Below are positions 1-4,936 of a stretch of 8,338 bases of DNA, piece by piece (positions within the stretch are counted from its first letter, which is position 1; each line of letters starts with the position of its first letter). Source of the DNA: Candidatus Iainarchaeum sp. (GTDB taxonomy: Archaea; Iainarchaeota; Iainarchaeia; Iainarchaeales; CSSED10-239); contig PWLL01000064.1 of assembly GCA_003559395.1 (NCBI GenBank), positions 1 to 8,338 of the forward strand. Direction: 5' to 3'. The position numbers and the translations under genes are program-made. Under the pieces are notes generated by a model. The model worked only from the letters and a program-made list of their open reading frames with translations, searched no databases and was not told the DNA's origin.

Positions 1-43
1 GAAAAAACTCTTTCTTACACTGGCCACGAGGTCTCTTTAGAAA

Positions 44-78
44 ACCTATATAAACCTAACAAACCATATAATATATAT
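44..78 (+). promoter_or_regulatory. Candidate archaeal promoter for the helicase gene (TATA-like runs ctatataaa at 46-54 and catataatatatatc at 64-78)
   Basis: A/T TATA-like strings lie 17-50 nt upstream of the ATG at 95. No clear Shine-Dalgarno is visible, which fits a short-leader or leaderless mRNA. TATA-like strings also arise by chance at this base composition. Confidence 0.3.
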
Positions 79-94
79 CAAACAAAGAAAAAAC

Positions 95-2221
95 ATGAGT
101 CCACAAGAAATAATAAACCACGTTCTAGAAATTAACAACTATACAGAACTTAACCCAGTACAAGAAAAAGCAACCAAACATCTAACCAAATATGAAAACC
201 TAATAGTTGCTTCTCCTACTGCTTCTGGAAAAACAACCATCTTTGAGTTGTTTATGCTTGACTATCTTATAAACAAAAACAAAAAAGTAATTTATCTAGC
301 GCCCTTAAAAGCACTTACTTTTGAACACTATCAAGAAACTAAAAGAAAATTTGCACACAAACACAATTTAAAAGTTGGTGTATCTACTGGTGATCTTGAC
401 TCAAGTTCTAAAAACCTTTCTTCTTATGATGTTTTGTTTCTAACCTATGAAAAGTTTGATTCTATTGTTAGACATAACCCTTCTTGGTTAAAAGAAATAG
501 GACTTATAACAATTGATGAGATTCATGAGCTTGGTGGAGATAGAGGTGCAACTTTGGAGATACTAATAACACAAATAAGAAGTTCTTTTAAAGAAATTAA
601 TTTTCTTGGACTTTCTGCAACTATAAAAAACTCAAAAGAACTTGCAGACTGGTTAAAAGGCAACTTGATTGAAAGTAATTATAGACCAGTTCCGTTAGAT
701 ATTGGAATCTTACATGATAAAAAAATATTCTTTGATATGCAAGAAAAAAACATAGATCAAAATCTAAACATAAAAGACAATGGTCTGCTTGATGTTATTG
801 TTGATACTTTAAAAAAAGAAAAACAAATAATTGTTTTTTGCAACTCCAGAAAAAACACAATGTCTTTTGCAAAAAAATACGAAAAAATCATTTCTAAATA
901 TTCAGAACAACAAAAACTTAAAGAAGTTGCAAAAGAGATTGCACAAGTTCTTGAACAACCAACACAACAGTGTCTTGCGTTGTATAGTTGTTTGTCTTCT
1001 GGTGTTTGTTTTCATCATGCAGGACTAGTTTATAAACAACGACAAATAATAGAAGATAATTTTAAAAATAAAAACATAAAAGTAATTTTTGCAACACCAA
1101 CTTTAGCAGCTGGCATAAACCTTCCAGCATACAGAGTTGTTCTTCATAGTATCTATAGATATTCTGGTGGGTTTATGGCACCCATACCAATAAACGAGTT
1201 CTTTCAAATGGCTGGAAGAGCTGGAAGACCTAAGTATGATGATCATGGTGAAGCAATAGTAAATGTTTCTAAAGAAAACGAGATACAAAAGATATATCAA
1301 TCATATATCTTGGCAGGACCTTCTGAGATAGAATCTCAGCTAGCAAAAATAAATCTTTTAAGAACTAATCTTTTGGGAATTATTATGATGAACACTTTTG
1401 AAAGTGTTTCTGACATACACAAATATTTTTCAAAAACCTTTTATTTTCATTTGTTTGGAAACAATCTTGAGCTTGAAGAAACAATAAACGAGATTATTGA
1501 AGAGTTTTTTGATTTTTGTTTTTTAGAAGGCAATTTTTCTTCTTTTAAGCTTACAAACTTAGGAAAAAAGGTTTGTTTATTATATCTAGACCCAATATCT
1601 GCAAACAACATAATAAACAATCTTAAAAAAGAAAAAACAGACCACGAAGATATTAAAAGAATCTATACGATCTCAAACACGTCTGAACTTTATCCATATG
1701 TAAACTACAACCATAAAGAAGAAGACCTTTTATTTGAAATTTTTGAAAATATAAAAAAAGATATTTTCTTTGATTATGAAGATATTAATCTTCTTAAAAA
1801 AATACAACTGTCTAGACTTATAAAAGATTGGATCTCTGAAGAAAAAGAAGATCATATCATAACAAAATATAAAAGCAGTCCAGGACATATACAAGAAATA
1901 ACTAACAGATCAAAATGGATAAGTCATTGTATCTTAGAGCTTTGTAAGTTTTTAGAGATTAGTCTTTTAGAATATAAAAAATATAAAGACTTGTCAACTA
2001 GAATAGAATATGGAATAAAAGAAGAACTTGTTGAACTAGTAAAACTTAAAAATATCGGTAGAGTAAGAGCTAGAAAATTGTATAACCACAATATAAAAAC
2101 AATCTCTGATATTAAAAAAAATCCAGAAATGTTTATTGCAGTTGTTGGTAAGTTTGGACAAAAAGCATTAAGGGAACTAAAGATAGACTATACAGGCGAT
2201 AGTCTACAAAAAAGTCTTTAA
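95..2221 (+). CDS. hel308: Superfamily-2 Ski2/Hel308-family helicase (708 aa)
   Basis: All SF2 motifs occur in order: Q motif LNPVQEKA, I ASPTASGKT, Ia YLAPLKAL, Ib TYEKFD, II DEIH, III LSAT, IV IVFCNSRK, V ATPTLAAGINLPA, VI QMAGRAGRP. The C-terminal helix-hairpin-helix-like segment LKNIGRVRARKLY is typical of Hel308 domain 5. The ~700 aa length fits Hel308. Stop is TAA. Confidence 0.9.
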   Translation: MSPQEIINHVLEINNYTELNPVQEKATKHLTKYENLIVASPTASGKTTIFELFMLDYLINKNKKVIYLAPLKALTFEHYQETKRKFAHKHNLKVGVSTGDLDSSSKNLSSYDVLFLTYEKFDSIVRHNPSWLKEIGLITIDEIHELGGDRGATLEILITQIRSSFKEINFLGLSATIKNSKELADWLKGNLIESNYRPVPLDIGILHDKKIFFDMQEKNIDQNLNIKDNGLLDVIVDTLKKEKQIIVFCNSRKNTMSFAKKYEKIISKYSEQQKLKEVAKEIAQVLEQPTQQCLALYSCLSSGVCFHHAGLVYKQRQIIEDNFKNKNIKVIFATPTLAAGINLPAYRVVLHSIYRYSGGFMAPIPINEFFQMAGRAGRPKYDDHGEAIVNVSKENEIQKIYQSYILAGPSEIESQLAKINLLRTNLLGIIMMNTFESVSDIHKYFSKTFYFHLFGNNLELEETINEIIEEFFDFCFLEGNFSSFKLTNLGKKVCLLYLDPISANNIINNLKKEKTDHEDIKRIYTISNTSELYPYVNYNHKEEDLLFEIFENIKKDIFFDYEDINLLKKIQLSRLIKDWISEEKEDHIITKYKSSPGHIQEITNRSKWISHCILELCKFLEISLLEYKKYKDLSTRIEYGIKEELVELVKLKNIGRVRARKLYNHNIKTISDIKKNPEMFIAVVGKFGQKALRELKIDYTGDSLQKSL

Positions 2222-2252
2222 GTTTTTTCAAATTTTAGATTTTTAAAATACT
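2222..2252. terminator. Convergent-gene spacer with oligo-T tracts (T6 at 2223-2228 directly after the helicase stop)
   Basis: This 31-nt spacer lies between convergent stops at 2221 (+) and 2253 (-). On the + strand it carries T6, T4 and T5 runs, and archaeal termination commonly uses oligo-T. The minus-strand signal is weaker. Confidence 0.3.
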
Positions 2253-3497
2253 TTATTTAACAATTTCATTTATTTTTTTCAATAATTTTATATATGGCAC
2301 AAAATAAACAGACGTATTTTCTTTCTTTATTTCTCCTTCAAACTCTTTTGTTGCTATAAAACCAACATCTGGTTTATATTTTGTTAAAAAAGAATTAAAT
2401 GATCTTGAAAGATTTTCTTTTTTTAAAGTACTTTTTACTTCTATTGGAATTATTTTTCCAGATTTTTCAATTATAAAATCAACTTCTGCATTTGATTTTG
2501 AATTCCAATATTTTACTTCAAACTCATTATTAATAAGTTCAAGTAAGATAAAATTTTCATGTAATTGGCCTATATCTGATCTAAAACTCACATCTTCTAA
2601 AAAATTATTATTTACTTGGTTTCTAAGACCAAGATCATAAAAATAAACTTTTTTACTTTTATTTATTTCTTTTTTTTTATTTCTAAAAAAAGGTCTTATT
2701 TCTATATATATAAAGGTTTTATTTAATATATTCAAAACTCTTTTAAGTTCTTTATATCTAAAACCTGTCAAAGAAGAAAGATTTACATAGTTTATTATGT
2801 TTCCTATTTGTAAAGAAAGTGCTTTTATTAAATCATTAAACATAAAATCATCTGACAAAACAATTATATCTTTTATATCTCTTAAAGCATGTGTGTTGTA
2901 TATATTTTTTAACACTTGTTTTTTTTCTTCTTTATCTTTAGCTAATACAACTTTAGGATAGCCTCCATAAATAAGATATTCATCTAAATATTTATTTATT
3001 TTTTTTAAAATCACCTCTTTATATTTATTTTGCACATATAAATTATATAAATTTTCATCTTTATATCTTAAAAACTCACTAAAAGAAAAAGGATATAAAT
3101 TAAAAACAAATATTCTTCCTACTAAATATCTTAAACATTTGATAGCAATATCTACTGATGAAGATCCAGATACAATTATTTTTGTTTTCTTATAAGTATC
3201 AAATATGTATTTCAATTGAGGACCACATTTATTTGCATGTTGTATTTCATCTATAAATAAAATATCTGTATCTTTTACATATTTTTCAATAAAAGAATCA
3301 ACATCTGTTATAAAAAGACGTAAATCAGAAATATTATCAAAAGAAACTTCTTTTATATTTTTATTTTTAATATTAGATAAAATATGTTTAATTATGGTTG
3401 TTTTTCCAGATTGTCTAGGACCTACCACTGCAAGAATTTCTTTATTATCAATATATTTTAAAAGAATTTCTTCTAAATTTCTTCTTATATAAATCAT
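2253..3497 (-). CDS. AAA+ ATPase with C-terminal PD-(D/E)xK nuclease-like domain (COG1373-type, AAA_14 + DUF4143 architecture), 414 aa
   Basis: Walker A is VVGPRQSGKTT (res 24-34) and Walker B is ILFIDEIQ (res 79-86). The C-terminal part has the family-typical GQLHENFILLEL followed by AEVDFIIE...IPIEVKS (res 337-356), a D...ExK restriction-endonuclease-like signature. Stop is TAA. Confidence 0.85.
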   Translation of the reverse strand: MIYIRRNLEEILLKYIDNKEILAVVGPRQSGKTTIIKHILSNIKNKNIKEVSFDNISDLRLFITDVDSFIEKYVKDTDILFIDEIQHANKCGPQLKYIFDTYKKTKIIVSGSSSVDIAIKCLRYLVGRIFVFNLYPFSFSEFLRYKDENLYNLYVQNKYKEVILKKINKYLDEYLIYGGYPKVVLAKDKEEKKQVLKNIYNTHALRDIKDIIVLSDDFMFNDLIKALSLQIGNIINYVNLSSLTGFRYKELKRVLNILNKTFIYIEIRPFFRNKKKEINKSKKVYFYDLGLRNQVNNNFLEDVSFRSDIGQLHENFILLELINNEFEVKYWNSKSNAEVDFIIEKSGKIIPIEVKSTLKKENLSRSFNSFLTKYKPDVGFIATKEFEGEIKKENTSVYFVPYIKLLKKINEIVK

Positions 3498-3505
3498 TTA
3501 TACAC

Positions 3506-3530
3506 ATCCTTTAATATATTATATATATAG
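3506..3530 (-). promoter_or_regulatory. Candidate promoter/RBS for the ATPase gene (TATA-like run 3512-3530; AGGATG 9-14 nt upstream of ATG)
   Basis: Read on the minus strand, the sequence upstream of the ATG at 3497 is ctatatatataatatattaaAGGATGtgtataaATG. It has a long TATA-like run and a possible weak SD. Confidence 0.3.
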
Positions 3531-3571
3531 AAAGAAATTTAAACATTACTTTTTTTTCATTTTTGTAAAAA

Positions 3572-3618
3572 TAAACCTGGTTTAAATTTATAAAAAGTAA
3601 ATTTTAACCTGGTTAAAA
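3572..3618. repeat. Two palindromic sites sharing the core AACCTGGTT (TAAACC-T-GGTTTA at 3572-3584; TTTTAACC-T-GGTTAAAA at 3602-3618)
   Basis: I read both sites directly from the sequence. Their centres at 3578 and 3610 are 32 bp apart, about three helical turns. They lie in the 176-bp spacer upstream of the ATPase gene and downstream of truD. Confidence 0.5.
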
Positions 3619-3668
3619 AAAAGAGCTGTTTAATAACGCCCGAGTTGAAAGTAAATATCTTTTAAAAA
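3615..3668 (-). terminator. Oligo-T tracts downstream of truD (T5 at 3664-3668 and T8 at 3615-3622 on the minus strand)
   Basis: A-runs on the + strand correspond to T-runs on the transcribed strand, 6 nt and ~52 nt after the truD stop at 3674-3676. Confidence 0.3.
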
Positions 3669-3673
3669 TAACT

Positions 3674-4936
3674 TTAACACCAACCAATCTTTTCTGGCTT
3701 TATCAATTCTCTTAAAAGATTTGTTGCATATTGTCCTTTATCAAGCACAAAAGAAAGCTTTATTTTCTTTTTTCCTGGATTTATTTCATCGTCTGTAATC
3801 TCTTCTAGCTTAAGATCATACACTTCTGAAACAAATTTTCTATACTCTCCTTGACTAGACAAAGCTCCATAATCTTGATTTTTAAAATCTAATAAAGAGA
3901 TATCTTCTTTTTTAAGAACTTCTCTTTCTAATTGCCCTGCTAACCCTGAAGAAAACTGTGTTTCATATCCAAATAAAGGAAGATGTATCTTGTCGTTTAT
4001 TATTTTATCTCCTTCTATCTGTTTTACACCAAAGCCTTTTTCTAATCTTAGATTAACAAGCTGATTAAATAAAAAAGATTGATAGGCATGAACAAAAAGA
4101 TACTGAATGCCTTTAGGCAAACACTTTATAGCACCAAGATAATCTTCTGGCTGGTTTGCAAGATGATTTAACATCTGTTTTTCATAACCTGCTCTTGCTG
4201 GAAAATCAGAAGCGTGTTTTCTATAATCTAAATCTTTTTTAAGATCTTCTCTTGCTTTTTTTATATGTTCTTCTTCATATTCGTTTGTTTGTGTAAGATA
4301 CAAAATAATTGCTTCTTTGTATTTTCTTTGCAACAAGAGTTTACCAATTTTATGTGTTATCTCTCTAACACCACCAAATCTTTGTTCGCCGTAATAATTA
4401 ATAATTCCTTTTTCGTATATTTCTTTTACAAATTCTGAAACTATTTTGTCCAGGTAATCAAACAAAGAAATTTGTCTTACAGTTATAATAAATTTATTTT
4501 GTTTAAGATCACCAATTGTAATTTCTTTTTCTTTATAAGCTGGGTTATATATTTTTATATTTTTATAATAAAATTTAGAGATTCTTTCTTTTGGCACATC
4601 AGATATAGAAATTCTTTGACAAGTAATAGCTCTTTTGTCTTTTAATCCAGCATATCCTATTTTCTTTTTTGAAATTCTTAAAAATCTTGAAAGTTGATTA
4701 ATTGCTGCAGTTGTTGAAAGTCCTTTTTTTTCAAAATCAACATGAAGAATTTTCTTTTCTGGATTTTCTAAGAAAAATTTATCCCACTCAACATACACTC
4801 TTTTATCTGGAAGATATTTTACTTGTGTTTTATAGTCTACGCCAATTTCTTCTACAATAAAATCGTCTGCAATTTCTTTTATTCTGCCACCGATTGGTTG
4901 TGTTGTTGTTAAGTATAGATATTTCATATTTTTCAC
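3674..4936 (-). CDS. truD: tRNA pseudouridine synthase TruD/Pus7 family (tRNA Psi13 synthase type), 420 aa
   Basis: TruD hallmark blocks are present: N-terminal ADDFIVEE (E. coli PEDFVVVE); the catalytic-Asp block YAGLKDKRAITCQ (E. coli FAGQKDKHAVTEQ); NYYGEQRFG (E. coli NYFGAQRFG); SFLFNQ; and C-terminal YATNLLRELI. The track start is a GTG at 4936-4934. An in-frame ATG at 4927-4925 is an alternative start. Stop is TAA. Confidence 0.9.
   Translation of the reverse strand: MKNMKYLYLTTTQPIGGRIKEIADDFIVEEIGVDYKTQVKYLPDKRVYVEWDKFFLENPEKKILHVDFEKKGLSTTAAINQLSRFLRISKKKIGYAGLKDKRAITCQRISISDVPKERISKFYYKNIKIYNPAYKEKEITIGDLKQNKFIITVRQISLFDYLDKIVSEFVKEIYEKGIINYYGEQRFGGVREITHKIGKLLLQRKYKEAIILYLTQTNEYEEEHIKKAREDLKKDLDYRKHASDFPARAGYEKQMLNHLANQPEDYLGAIKCLPKGIQYLFVHAYQSFLFNQLVNLRLEKGFGVKQIEGDKIINDKIHLPLFGYETQFSSGLAGQLEREVLKKEDISLLDFKNQDYGALSSQGEYRKFVSEVYDLKLEEITDDEINPGKKKIKLSFVLDKGQYATNLLRELIKPEKIGWC

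Noticed and set aside
1-40. Possible 3' end of an upstream + strand gene (frame 2: KKLFLTLATRSL, stop TAG at 38-40), with a locally G+C-richer stretch ctggccacgaggtctc
   Set aside because: Only 12 codons are visible, which is too short for any homology or coding-potential judgement. Frame 1 is also open here. The minus-strand frame that stays open to the window edge has no start codon after its last in-frame stop.
831-1028. 65-aa + strand ORF from the track
   Set aside because: It lies wholly inside the helicase CDS in another frame. Its sequence is low-complexity and K/N/L-rich with no recognisable motif, while the helicase frame carries conserved SF2 motifs across this region.
1103-1300. 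65-aa minus-strand ORF from the track
   Set aside because: It is antisense to helicase motifs V and VI (ATPTLAAGINLPA, QMAGRAGR). I see no motif content or upstream signals, so it is most likely a chance ORF.
95-2221. Checked whether the helicase also carries an intein, since helicases are common intein hosts
   Set aside because: Its 708-aa length is normal for Hel308. The SF2 motifs are contiguous with normal spacing, and I found no Cys/Ser...HN junction pair or LAGLIDADG-like motif.
3498-3673. Search for a small RNA (C/D-box sRNA or tRNA) or micro-ORF in the 176-bp spacer. I searched the 7444-7543 and 8006-8114 spacers in the same way.
   Set aside because: There is no RUGAUGA/CUGA box pairing and no tRNA-like GC-rich stems. 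The only ATG-initiated minus-strand reading is four codons long (MKKK*). The isolated CTGA at 8074-8077 has no partner C box.
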